A stretch of 36,560 nucleotides of DNA from Octopus sinensis (Eukaryota). Location: assembly GCF_006345805.1 (NCBI RefSeq), contig NW_021824700.1:1-36560 (forward strand). Reading direction: 5' to 3'. Position 1 is the first letter of the stretch, and each line of letters starts with the position of its first letter. Below are positions 11,650 to 23,617 of this stretch, piece by piece. Both the position numbers and the translations under genes were made by a program. The notes below the pieces were generated by a model that had not been told where the DNA came from, did no database searches, and saw only the letters and a list, made by a program, of their open reading frames with translations.

Positions 11650-12880
11650 ATGTTTGATTTGATTGTTTCCCCTATATCTGACAAGGGAAGTTGCAGGTAT
11701 CTAGGGGTGGATGAAAATATATCTTACAATGGTATCTGTAACAAAACATGTAGCCGAATAAAGAAATTTAGACCTCAAAACTCACTGCATTTGATAAAAC
11801 AGTGGCCCACAATGTGTTTGCAGTACCAGTATTCATACCAACATTTGGGCTGCTTTACTGGACAGTTGATGAGATCCAAGCCATTGATGTGAAAACCTGA
11901 AAAATACAAGCACATAATTTCCACATAAACAGTGATGTAGACCACCTCTACCTAAAACGAAAGCAAGGTGGCAGAGGCTTAACATCGATCCAAAATGCCT
12001 TTGAATGTCGTATCATATCCCTTTGGCAGCATCTTTTAACCACCAAATGTCAAAGTGCATCCCTTGACCAAGTTTGCATACATGAGGCTGATAACATCAT
12101 AAGACTTGGAAGGCAGCTCCTTGAGCACCATTCTTTGTCTGATAACCTAGAATGCATGCCTGACACTACTGTAATGTCTCAACTGATGAAAGGATGAGTC
12201 TATACAAGCAGAAGACTATGCATGGATATATTAGTAGAAAGCTCTGAGATGACAGTAACATCGATCATCAAAGCAGTTTATCATGGATCAATAGCCAGAT
12301 TACTTCCTCCCACTTTGAAGGGTATGGGTTTGCAATCCAGGAACAGGAAATATCAACCAAGTACCTGATGCACAAAAGGGATAGAGATGCAAGGAAAGCA
12401 GTAAAATGTGACAACTGATGCAGACTTTGTGGAGTTAACACCGAAGATATCACCCACATCATAAGCAGTTATCAGAAAATGTGATCACGGTATAATCTAC
12501 CGAGGAGATATGATGTTGTAGCTAGGACACTCTATAATGAAATCCATCAGAAGAATAACCCCGAGAACAAAGAAAAAAGAACCCACAATATAGTAGAAGC
12601 CATAGCCACTCATAATAAAAAGGAATACTGATGAATGTCCCAGTGAAAAGGTCAATAAAATGTAAGCATAACAGACCTGATATGATGATTTGGGACAGAG
12701 AAAAGAAACTGTGGAAATTAGCTGCCCAGCAGATGTTAACATAAAGCTGAAGCTCAATGAAAAAGAGAATATTTACACTGAACCATTGAGAAATCTGCAG
12801 TTACTGTATCCAGATTACAAGTTCAAATTTATACTTGTAATTATTGGAGACTTGTTCTCTATTGGCAAGAAATCTTGAAA
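11650..12880 (+). mobile_element. Decayed 5'-truncated RLE-type non-LTR retrotransposon (R4/Dong-like): RT C-terminus, zinc knuckle, restriction-like endonuclease
   Basis: Across stops and frameshifts: RYLGVDE; AVPVFIPTFG..WT..EIQAID; SDVDHLYLKRKQGGRGL; FAIQEQEISTKY; CRLCG..TEDITHIISS; HNRPDMMIWD..VEISCPADVNIKLKLNEKENIY. Confidence 0.85.
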
Positions 12881-12922
12881 TAAAACTGAACGATGACATA
12901 CATACACGTGTCCATTCCTCCA

Positions 12923-12956
12923 TCCATCCATCTATATATATATTATATATATACAC

Positions 12957-12987
<31 letters not shown>

Positions 12988-13262
12988 TATATATATATAT
13001 ATACACACACGCATATATATATATAGATAGATAGATAGATAGATAGATAGATGGATAGATAGATATACATACATACATGCATACACACACATATGTACAA
13101 TCAAATACATACATGCATGCATATATATATATATATATACATACACTCACACATACATACATACATACATACATACATACACACACATACATACATGCAT
13201 ACATACATACATACATACATACATACATACATACATACATACATACATACATACATACATAA
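12923..13262. repeat. Compound (TA)n/(GATA)n/(TACA)n microsatellite
   Basis: Direct reading. Confidence 0.95.
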
Positions 13263-13554
13263 GCATATATGTATATATTTGCACATAAATATGTAACTCG
13301 ATGTAAAATCTTCTATCCATCTTCATTCACTCTTTTGAATTTAGTAATATTTCATTTTTGTCTGTGTGTCTATTATTTTTCCATGCCACTGAAATCAAAG
13401 ATATGTATCACGTATTATATCGTATATACAATTATTTATAATGGTTTGAGTAATTTGTCACAGCTACATTGATTTATTGACCAGCAAATAAAAACATTGT
13501 TTAATGTTATTCTACTGCAGTTTTATTTATCATGGACTGAATTTATAGTTCTTT

Positions 13555-13555
13555 T

Positions 13556-13594
<39 letters not shown>

Positions 13595-13680
13595 ATGCAC
13601 ACAGACACATATACATTCATACATACACATGCATACATATATATAGTATACACATTCATACATACATACATACATACACG

Positions 13681-13765
<85 letters not shown>
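13555..13765. repeat. (CA)n/(TACA)n/(TA)n microsatellite
   Basis: Direct reading. Confidence 0.95.
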
Positions 13766-13766
<1 letters not shown>

Positions 13767-13793
13767 TTTATTTAAAGCAGCAGAAAATTCAAC

Positions 13794-13840
13794 AAAACCT
13801 GTTACTCTGAGTTTCACGTTCCCGTTCATCAGACAGTTTT
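13794..13840 (-). ncRNA. Minimal type I hammerhead ribozyme, intact core
   Basis: Minus strand: aaaacugu-CUGAUGA-ACG(GGAA)CGU-GAA-ACUC(A)GAGU-A-acag(g)uuuu; GNRA-capped helix II; predicted GUA cleavage after 13803. Confidence 0.85.
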
Positions 13841-13846
13841 CTAGCA

Positions 13847-13894
13847 AAAACTGTCCAATGAACGGGAACGTGAAACTCAGAGTAACAGGTTTTG
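13847..13894 (+). ncRNA. Hammerhead copy with a mutated core
   Basis: Core reads CCAATGA instead of CTGATGA; otherwise identical to the minus-strand copy. Confidence 0.65.
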
Positions 13895-13992
13895 TTGAAT
13901 TTTCTGCTGCTTTAAATAAAGCATATTACCCTACCACTGGTATTTGAGTACTCTTTTTTCCACCTTGTTTCACATTTATGTGTTTACTCCGG

Positions 13993-14045
<53 letters not shown>

Positions 14046-14084
14046 TCATATATATATATATACACACATACATACATGCATACA

Positions 14085-14285
14085 TGGAGGAAGAGCAAAG
14101 CCTGGGTGGCATGCCACAGTTTGAGATCTGTATGGAAGCCAGTCCTTCATAAAGACCTGAAGATCCGTCTCTTCATTGCTGCAGTGGAGTCTGTACTGTT
14201 ATACGGATCTGAGACTTGGGCACTGACCATTAAACTCACTCAGATGGTGGGTGGGTGGGTGCCACACGAAAATACTGAGAATGGG
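14085..14285 (+). mobile_element. RTE-clade LINE fragment (region after the RT)
   Basis: AWVACHSLRSVWK...LKIRLFIAAVESVLLYGSETWALT, then CHTKILRM after a frameshift. Confidence 0.8.
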
Positions 14286-14814
14286 CTGACAAGGCAGTTT
14301 TCCTTTGTCTGGTGGCTGTGGCGAAAGAGGTTATCTGGCAGATGAGGCCAAAAGGAACGAGGACAGAAATATTCCTCTTTAGTAAAAGCCCTCATCGACT
14401 TTTTCAAGTTTCATTTAAAAAGGAAAGTGAGGGTGGAAAGAGAAGTGCTGTCCTCGAGTGAATTTATGAAAAGGTAGGTGAAAGTTGCGAAAATGGCAAG
14501 AGTGGATGGTAGCACTCTCAGTGTAGACCTGTGAGTCGGAAGGAAGTAGTTGGAGAGGGCTCTCATCCTTGGTATTCAGGGTGATTTTGGATGGTGGATT
14601 TCCTTCATTATCCCTAGAGGTCCTCTTGAATCAGGGGGATCCCATCATGATTTTGTCCCCTCTTTTTCGAGTGACATTTACTATGTATACTTCCCTTCTA
14701 GTGTATACCGTGTATACTTTTATTCCATTATTCCATTATATGTAAACCCCAACACTTTATACCTGTCTTTGTATTGTCTCCCTCATCCTTCACCCAGATG
14801 GTAAATAAAAGAAA

Positions 14815-14848
<34 letters not shown>
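14286..14848 (+). mobile_element. Tx1/L1-like LINE 3' end with 3'UTR and (ATT)n tail
   Basis: KAVFLCLVAVAKEVIWQMR / LIDFFKFHLKRKVRVEREVLSSSEFMKR*V resembles Tx1 ORF2 C-termini; ends in aataaaagaaatc(att)n at 14817-14848. Confidence 0.55.
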
Positions 14849-15279
14849 CCTTCTTTCTTCAAATTTTCTTCCATTTCTCGCCGAGTGTTTTCCGTACACC
14901 TAGAGCAGAAAAGCTCATTGTATGCATTCCCAGATTACACATGCAAATTCACAGGTAAAATATGTATTTAAAAAATTAATAAATAAATAAATTCATAAAT
15001 GGATGTTGTTTTCACAGCGATAATGCTCTTCTCAGTACATGAGTTGTTCCAGTTATCACGATTTTTTGCACTTCCTGGAGGGATGGCAAGCCTGGTATCA
15101 TTTTCAAATAGGTTTCAGTACCTTTTTTTTTTTTTAACATTCCTAGAGATCCTACAATCACTGGTACTGTAGTCGCCTTGAGATGCCACATTTTTTCAAT
15201 TTCTATTAGCAAATCTTTATATTTACTGATCTTGTCAAATTCTTTCGCCGCTATATTGTGATCGCAAGGAATACACATG
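14849..15279 (-). mobile_element. 3' end of an RLE-type (R4/Dong-like) LINE flanked by (ATT)n on both sides
   Basis: ORF 15012-15278: IPCDHNIAAKEFDKISKYKDLLIEIEKMWHLKATTVPVIVGSLG...VQKIVITGTTHVLRR; (ATT)n at 14817-14848 and 15280-15303. Confidence 0.85.
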
Positions 15280-15721
15280 TATTATTATTATTATTATTAT
15301 TATAAATTTAGTCTCATAACAGTCAATAACAAGTAAAAGAATAAAAGAATATAAATACTTGGGTCAAATGGTTCAACTATCCCTTTCAAAGCAGTGCTGT
15401 GGAATGGCCATAATTCAGAAACTGAAACGAGTAAAAAGAATGTTTTTGTTTTTGCATTTTTGTTCTTTTGATTTCTAGACTTTATTGTATTTATTATCTA
15501 TTGCTTCTTTTCCTAGAATTGCATCGATCTCTGGCTTTTACTTGCATAAAACAAATCACCAATGCCAACATGCTGAGTACATCTATCACCTGTGGATATA
15601 TTATAGGGTCAGCTTACTCTCTGTAGTAGAGGTAATGCTTTTAACTACTATGAATCATACTGAGGATTTGTTTGCTTCTTTCTTTCTCAGCATTCTTGTA
15701 TATATGAGTGTATACACACAA

Positions 15722-16190
15722 ATATCATCATCATCATCGTTGTCGTCGTCATCATCATCATCATCATTGATTAACGTCCGCTTTCCATGCTTGCATGGGT
15801 TGGATGGTTTGACTGAGGGCTGGCAAACCAGATGGCTGCACCAGGCTCCAATCTGATCTGGCAGAGTTTCTACAGCTGGACGCTCTTCCTAACACCAGCC
15901 ACTCTGAGAGTGTAGTGGGTGCTTTTACGTGCCACCGGCACGAGGGCCAGTCAGGCGGTGCTGGCAATGGCCATGCTCAAATGGCGTTTTTTATGTGCCA
16001 CCTGCACAGGAGCAAGTCCAGCGGCACTGGCAACGACCTTGCTCAAATGTTTTTTCACATGCTGCTGGCACAAGTGATGCTGATAACGATCATTCTTGAA
16101 TGGTGCTTTTTATGTGCCACCGGCACAGAAGCCAGTTTGCTGCTCTGGCAACAATCATGCTCAGATGGTCCTCTTAACACTCCACTAGCA
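15722..16190 (-). mobile_element. SINE family C with (GAT)n tail and ~65-bp internal tandem repeats
   Basis: Tail matches 6108-6275; tttatgtgccacc...gcac...ctggcaac repeated about 4 times. Confidence 0.7.
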
Positions 16191-16205
16191 TATATATTTA
16201 CATAT

Positions 16206-16413
16206 ATACAAAATTAAGAGGAATGACCACCAAACTGGACTCCTAATATACTAAAGATAAACGTCAAATCACCTTACCATGAAGAGTGTGTTCTCAAGAA
16301 AAATTTCGGCTGAAATTTTTCTTGAGAACACATTCTTCATGGTAAGGCAATTTGACATCTATCTTTAGCATATTAGGAGTCCAGTTTGGTGGTCATTCCT
16401 CTTAATTTTGTAT
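16206..16413. repeat. 208-bp loopless palindrome
   Basis: 104-bp arms, centre between 16309 and 16310, no indels, 7 mismatches that are all transitions. Confidence 0.95.
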
Positions 16414-16570
16414 CTAATATAATTTTTAATGTTCAGATTTTTTTACACATACACACATATATATATGTGTGTATATGTGTTTGCGTGTGTGTGTGTGTAT
16501 GTGTGTGTGTGTGAGTGAGTGTGTGTGTGTGTGTGTGTGCACGTGTGTGTGTGTGTGTGCGCCTATATAC

Positions 16571-16895
16571 TGTGAAGGTGTGTGGCTTGGTGGTTAGGGC
16601 ATTCGGCTCACAATTGCAAGGCTGTGAGTTCAATTCCTGGTGATATGTTGTGTCCTTGGGCAAGACTCTTTATTTCACGTTGCTCCAATCCACTCAGATG
16701 GCAAAAATTAGTAGTACCTGTATTTCAAAGGGCCAGCCTTGTCACACTCTTTGTCACGCTGAACCTCCCTGAGAACTATGTTTAGGGTACATGTGTCTGT
16801 GGAGTTCTCAGCCACTTGCACGTTAATTTCACGAGCAAGATGTTCTGTTGATCTTATCAGCTGGGACCATCATTGTTGTAACTGTCAGAGTGCTC
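16571..16895 (+). mobile_element. tRNA-derived SINE (family D-like head, family E-like tail)
   Basis: tgtgaaggtgtgtggcttggtggttagggc...gagttcaattcc; gtgtccttgggcaagac core; tail matches the reverse complement of 9693-9880. Confidence 0.8.
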
Positions 16896-17099
16896 CTATA
16901 TATGTATACACATACACATATACACCTAGAAACAAAGAGTACAAATTTACTTGAATATGTGCCAAATACATAGTGGCTTAGATATGAATCTAGTACAAAG
17001 TGGCTTAGATATGAATGGACCTACTCAGTGGTCCCTTCAGATAGAGGAGGTGAACAATACATAAACTCTATAAATAGTAAAATACAATAATTGACAAAC

Positions 17100-18080
17100 A
17101 TAATGTTAAATATATAGTAAATGAATCCAATGCCGTAATAAGAACCAGATAAATAGATTACACACTTTTACAAAAAGCTTAGGTAGAAATAGAAATACAT
17201 ACCTCAGTAACATGGATACCTCCAGCTTTATTGAATGGTATATAATTCCCTTTGAAAACAAATAATTTCCAATATACCATAATTGTTTTATTTGGCATTG
17301 ACTAACATTTTCCAAAAGATGGTAATACTATAGGATTTTAAAATAAAAATAGGATTAGATTAGCTTCTGTAATAGAAAAAATCTAGCTCAAATTATAGCA
17401 GTACACTAATAGTAAAATTAATGGTTTCCATATGAGCAATAGCAATAATAGTAACCAGAATTGTAATTATAGATCATAAATATAGCAACATGTCCACTGG
17501 AGTGGACAAACCATTAGTAACACAACTAGGTATCAGGATCGGACTATGGTTTGGCAACCAATAAAATAGAAGCGACCTGAGGAACTCCACAACTAACCTG
17601 GAAGTAGATGTGAATCCTAAACAGCAAAGTACTCAGAACATTGTCTATGTGGAAAGGACTAATAAATTGAAGACAGACAAGAGAATATAAAAATTACATC
17701 TAGAGTAGTGAAGTAGATAATAGTAATAGGAGTAGTAGAACTATTAAATGCAATTGTGCAAGGAACAGGGTCTGTCCATTTAACTCTATTTGTAGGCATA
17801 AAAATATCATATACAGATGTAAGATTACCTCACAGAATAGTTGTCAACTCGTGTTATAATAAGCAGAGAATTGCCAATCATTTAAGTTCGTTTAGAAATA
17901 GGGACAAAATGAATACTACCTAGCTTTAGCAAGCTAATTTGAGCACTAAAAGATAGTATCAAAATATTTTCGATTGCTTGGAAAATAAAAAGTAAAGCAA
18001 AACTCGTAGAATAGGCAATTATAGATGTGACTTTTGTGCGGAAGAAATGTACCAAATTTTCACTTCTAAATTTATTCTAA
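17100..18080 (-). mobile_element. Possible very old LINE relic (L2/CR1-like RT)
   Basis: Scattered minus-strand motifs NLVHFFRTKV, DPVPC..PITII and SCGVPQVASIL appear in the expected order, with many stops; weak. Confidence 0.3.
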
Positions 18081-18733
18081 TAAACACAAGACAGGCTACG
18101 ACAAGCTACAAGATGTCCACACTGGATTGAATATATTTTAAATGATTTAAAGAAACATAATTTACCATCTATAGTAAGTATACTAGTTAAAATAATGATG
18201 GATATGATTAATGATATTTATGAAAATAATACTAATAAATATAATATATTAATATAACCATTATTGAGGGTATAAAACCAAAATAAGTGAAATACCTCTG
18301 AATAAATAATGTACTCCAAACAGTAAAATTGAAACAAACTGCTATAATTAATTGTAATATAAATAAACATTTCAAAACCACGATTCATCTGTGGTGCCAG
18401 TAGAGGTGATTAAAAGACGAGAATTCAATTTGATTAAGTAAGTAATGCTAACTGAATACCAATGCAAGAAGCTTGTTTGAATTAGTTCACTTTGAAAATG
18501 TTGTAAGTGATGGACCCTTGAGGAAATAACATTGACTAGGATGCATAATTGCATACAGTGTAGTTGCTGCAATAGAAACAAATGTTGGTCATTGTTATAT
18601 ATGGTGTGGAAAACTTTTTCAATAAAAATGTTTGGGATGTGAATAAATTTCTGCTCTCCTCTTGGTTTTCAATTATATATATATACACACCCACACACAC
18701 ACACACACACACAGACACATATACATTTACACA

Positions 18734-18789
<56 letters not shown>

Positions 18790-19519
18790 CACACACATGT
18801 ACATGCATATATATAATGATTATATGTTGCAAATAAATGAGAGGAGAAAAATATTGACGTATATGGTTTTTATTTTATTGTTACAATGTAAGATAGAACT
18901 TTTTTTGATTTGTTGTTGTACACAGATTATTTAGAGTTTTGTTATCCATTTTGTAGGTAGTTAAATTAATCTCTGAGTGACAGCTAGAAGATGAATGGAA
19001 GAAGGAGAGAGAAAGAGAAAAAGAAATTACCTCTCTATATTGACAAGTAGAGTGAGTGAAAGTTGTGTAGTACCAGGATGACAAGCCATACATGAAGTGC
19101 TCCTTTTTGCTAGGAGCCAAGTGAAAAAAGTAGAAGTAAATCTGTGCTTCATATTTATAATTTTTCTAACTAAATTAGGTCAGGCCAAAATGAAATTCTC
19201 TGTCTCTTATCTGCTTTAACCTAAGTTTGATTCAAAATGATCACAGGTTAACAATTGACTCTGATGAATTTTCTAGTGCAATGGCCAAGAACAATAGAAA
19301 AGAACTCAGTAAGATGTGGGCTGGGTTTCAAATCTGGGTTAAGAATCTAGAAAGCTATTCATTACATTTACACACACACACACACACACGTATGTATGTA
19401 TGTATGTATGTATGTATGTATATGTATATTGATATATATATATATATATAAGTATGTATGTATGTATGTATGTATGTATGTATATATATATATAAGTATG
19501 TATGTATGTATAGATTTGT

Positions 19520-19720
19520 GCGTCTGTGTTTGTCCCCCCTAACCATCGCTTGATAACAGATGCTGGTGTGTTTATATCCCCGTAACTTAGTAGTTTGGCA
19601 AAAGAGACTGATAGAATAAGCACTAGGCTTACAAAGAATAAGTCCTAGGGTCAATTTGCTCAACTAAAGGCAGTGCTCCAGCATGGCCACAGTCAAAATG
19701 ACTGGAACAAGTAAAAGAAT
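19520..19720 (+). mobile_element. Composite SINE family B, 3' half
   Basis: Tail identical in layout to 1615-1781. Confidence 0.75.
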
Positions 19721-19749
19721 ATACATACATACATACACATACACACACA

Positions 19750-19802
<53 letters not shown>

Positions 19803-20215
19803 TCATTTTATATTTAAAAAGCTCAGCAGCATACAACAACAACAATATGCTAGTTACACCAACTCTTACAGTCTCTCTAACAGAGAGAATAATCTGTATT
19901 GAATGTCAAACAGCCTATTGAATGAATGTCTCAGATACATAGCCAAGTTAAGCAGCACATTTTGTCAAACTATCTGTCTAACCAACGATGAAATACTTCC
20001 TCATGTTTCACAGATTTACCGTTGATCAATAATACTGTTTAACTCTTTGTAACTATTTTCATTCATAAATAAATAATCTGCCCAGTTAATCTTTGCATCT
20101 AAATAAATACACATCGGATTATTCTGTTAGACCGACCAAAGTCTTGTAAATGGATTTGGTGAATGGAGCTTGAATGAATATCTTGTATATAAGACACACA
20201 CACACACAGGCATAT

Positions 20216-20263
<48 letters not shown>

Positions 20264-20645
20264 AATGAGTAAATGAGCATCACTGTTATAAAAGGGGTGT
20301 TGTTTCCGGTCTTCTATGAAAAGGGTCTGACTTTGCGGAGGTATTACCTTGCTTCCAAAAATAGGGGTGGGGTTTAAGACAGGAAGGGTATCCTGCCAAA
20401 GGAAATTTGATGCAACAAATTCTGACCGATCCATGCAAGCAAGGAAAAGTGGATGTTTAATGATGATGATGGTGGTGGTGGTGGTGGTGGTAATGATAAG
20501 TCACCAGTTGTTTGTATCCCTGCAACAGAGCAAAGATGCATCTTTTGAAAATGCCCTTGACCCTCTGGGAACAGCCTAGTTCCAGCAACTAATAAATGTT
20601 ACATTAGCTTGCAAAGCTAAACTGGATAAAACTGTGACCAGACAG

Positions 20646-20915
20646 GCATATGGTGTAGAGCGTGGGCTACTAACCCCAAAATTCTGAGTTCGATTCCAAG
20701 CAGTGACCTGAACAACAGTAATAATAACATCAAAGAATACCTTAGGAATGAGAACCCAGGTTCGAAATTTCCCCAAGACACCTGAAGAAGGCTGGATGGT
20801 ATATCGCCTTTTTCCCAAACTTCTCAAACCCGCTATAATGTAATACATGTTTTTGTTGTTGTAATTGTCCGCAGCTGACAAGATGAGGACAAATATCCGG
20901 CGAATGTAAATAATG
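20646..20915 (+). mobile_element. tRNA-headed element carrying half of a hammerhead core
   Basis: Head tggtgtagagcgtgg...gagttcgattcc; gacacCTGAAGAaggc...gcc at 20782; (tgtaaataa)n tail; no GAAA after helix II. Confidence 0.45.
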
Positions 20916-21112
20916 TAAATAATGTAATACTTGTTTATTTACATTGCTTGGAAGTAATCATACATTATCTTGTAGCTTCAAGATTTTGATGAAGTGATTT
21001 TTAGAATGACATTGTATGTAGGTATGAGAGGTTGGGTCTGCTCAGTTTTAACATAAAACAGGTAGAATATTTGGGCTAGATATGGCCAGTTAGATACTAA
21101 ATATATGCTAAA
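20915..21112. mobile_element. Partial MITE homologous to 9164-9445
   Basis: Shared aatgacattgt...gagag...aacataaaacag...gaatatttggg...tggccag. Confidence 0.55.
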
Positions 21113-21387
21113 GTGTCAAGCCATGAAAAGTGGGATATTAGGGGCCTTTTCAATCAGAGCTCACTTTGTATCTGCATCTGAATACACAGACCCAAGGAAG
21201 AGGTTTTGTTGCACCCCGCTGAAGGAGAGCCCTAAGTTCAGAAAAATGAGTCAAGTAGGAGTACACGAAAGTTTATGAGCAGCACAGCAATTTACAGAAG
21301 TGAGAGGAGACTCTCTCCTATCGCGAACATATTCTTGCTTTTCATAATAGCATATTCTTTGAATAATCCATTGATCAGGTTACCTTA

Positions 21388-21748
21388 TCTATATATATAA
21401 AGCTGAAGTCGTCTGTGTATGGCAGGTTTGGTAGCCTTCAACTAACACTATCTCCTCCGAGACCCTGCAGTGCAAGTTGACCAAAATTGAGAGTATGATA
21501 GAAGGCTTGCATTTCATTCTGTAGAAGATAAATTTCAAATCGGACCATGTTAACACCAAAAATTATTTACATCAAAAAGGTGCTTTTTTTCTATGAAAAT
21601 CCCCATTTTTTACAATTTTTTGACTGCTGTGTCGCCATTTTTCAGTGTATTTCAACCAGAAAAATGTTCACTTAAAATTTTTACTTTTCAAAAATTCCAA
21701 TTCTAAAGGGTCGAAACAAACCTGAGCAACGCCGGGTGATACTTCTAG
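21388..21748 (+). mobile_element. Non-autonomous Helitron (361 bp)
   Basis: A|TCtatatatataaa 5' end; weak hairpin cctgagcaacgccggg then CTAG|T 3' end; no TSD. Confidence 0.7.
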
Positions 21749-22695
21749 TGTTTTATATAATTTTTTGATTTCCAGTGCAATAGTTGTAAAGAAAGCTCAA
21801 TCTAAAACGAGTGGTTCAAATTCATTCAACTCTACTTTCCTGATAGTTTTTCAGCAGAAAACTGACAGTTGCCCAAATGGGCAAGTCTCCTCTCTCCATG
21901 CTACTGCTGTTATCCAATGGAAAATCCACTTCTTAAAAGCTAATACTGTTTGGAGCCAACTGTTATTCTAATCGTTGTCAGATCTCAAAGGGCTGGGAGC
22001 AATACCACAAGCATCTAGCAGACTGAAAAATCTGCCATCCAAGGTAGGCACTCTATTTATTGACCCCGAAAGGACAGAAGACAAAGTTGACCTTGGTGGG
22101 ATATGAACTCGTAACACAAAGAACTAGTGCAAATACTAAAGGACATTCTATCCCATGCTCTAATGACTCAGCTAATTTCTGATTTGCTGATTCCGTGCCA
22201 TGAAAAATGGCATAATTCCAATACACTGTAATACAGTCTAGTGATAGCAAAGATGAGAAACAAGCTGTTATAAGTGTAGTTGTAGCTTTTAATTTTTTCT
22301 CTCTGTACTCTCTGCATGTGTGTGTGTGGAGAGAGAGAAAGAGAGAGAGAGAAGGCGAAAGAGAGATGTATATTGACATACATCGATAAATCTGCCTTTA
22401 GGTTTTTAAATTGCTAAATAAGCCAGCCATATTATTTGTAGTTTTCACTTTTACTATTTTTTAAATCAGCATATGAATTTCAATGGTTTTCTTGTAAGAC
22501 TGACACAGAGAGGTGAGTTTAACCCTTGGCACAGTAAGAGCCATTGATTAGGATTAAGATGCTCTGCATCAAAATCTGAAATCATTGATGATTTGCCTAT
22601 ATCTGTTGGGAGCTTGCCTCCCTTTGTCAGTCATTAAGATAATGCTTTGTGGCTTTTGTTTTGACTCTTATTTCTAGCAATACTAGTACTACTTA

Positions 22696-23036
22696 TGTGA
22701 AGGTGCATGGCTCAGTGGTTAGAGCGTCGAGCTTACGATCGCGAGGTTGTGAGCATGAATCCCGGACCGGGCTGCATGTTGTGTTCTTGAGCAAGACACT
22801 TTATTTCACGTTGCTCCAGTTCACTCAGCTGCAGAAATGAGTTGCAACATCACAGGTGCCAAGCTGTATCGGCCTTTGCTTTTCCCTTGGATAACACTGG
22901 TGGCATGGAGAGGGGAGGCTGGTATGCATGGGCGACTGCTGGTCTTCCATAAACAACCTTGCCTGGACTTGTGCCTGGGAGGGTAACTTCCTAGGTGCAA
23001 TCCCATGGTCAGTCATGACCGAAGGGGGTCTCAGCA
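22696..23036 (+). mobile_element. tRNA-derived SINE family D, full length with 14-bp TSD
   Basis: TSD actagtactactta at 22682-22695 and 23037-23050; homologous to 6956-7282. Confidence 0.9.
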
Positions 23037-23139
23037 ACTAGTACTACTTAGTACCCTCTGTCACTTTGGTGGCGTCTATAAATTTGCCTTTAGGTTGTTA
23101 AATTGCTAATCAGCCACCTGTATTATTTATATATATATG

Positions 23140-23186
<47 letters not shown>

Positions 23187-23617
23187 TTATACATACATGT
23201 ATGTTGCATGTACATGTGTGTTTATATGATTGATTGATTCTAGTTTCAGCTCACGAGCTGTGGCCATGCTGGGGCACCGCCATTTATATACATACACATG
23301 CACACATATACACACACAGGCAAATGTGTGTATATGTGTGTGCGTGAGTGGATGTATGTATGCGAGAATGGTCAAAATGTTTGTTTCACAACTATGGGGT
23401 ACCGGGTCTGATCCTACTGCATATGTTAGATAAATGTAATTTTTTTGTAGTCCAGTTGATGAAGCCTGAATTTTCATGTGATATGGGTCAAGAACTAGTG
23501 CGAATACTAGTCTTAAACTGACTTGTTATTGCCAGGAAAACTATAAAAAATGGGAAGAGGTTGGGATCTGATCCCTGTTGTGTTCTGAGTTCATATCCCA
23601 CCAAGGTCAGACTCAAA

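Larger units (their letters stand above)
13766..13997 (+). mobile_element. Foldback element, probable Penelope-like pseudo-LTR with 5' inverted copy
   Basis: 75-bp arms 13766-13840 / 13847-13921 (2 mismatches, loop ctagca); the right arm extends ~75 bp further; (TA)n on both sides; hammerheads in the arms. Confidence 0.7.

Noticed and set aside
17100-18080. Mitochondrial insertion (numt)
   Set aside because: AT-rich and hydrophobic-looking, but I found no cox/nad/atp motif. The weak LINE RT motifs fit better.
5828-19270. Other CTGANGA matches (about 5828, 12183, 12628, 15660, 17577, 19260)
   Set aside because: None is followed by a paired helix II, GAAA and a UH site; several lie inside LINE or transposase coding remnants.
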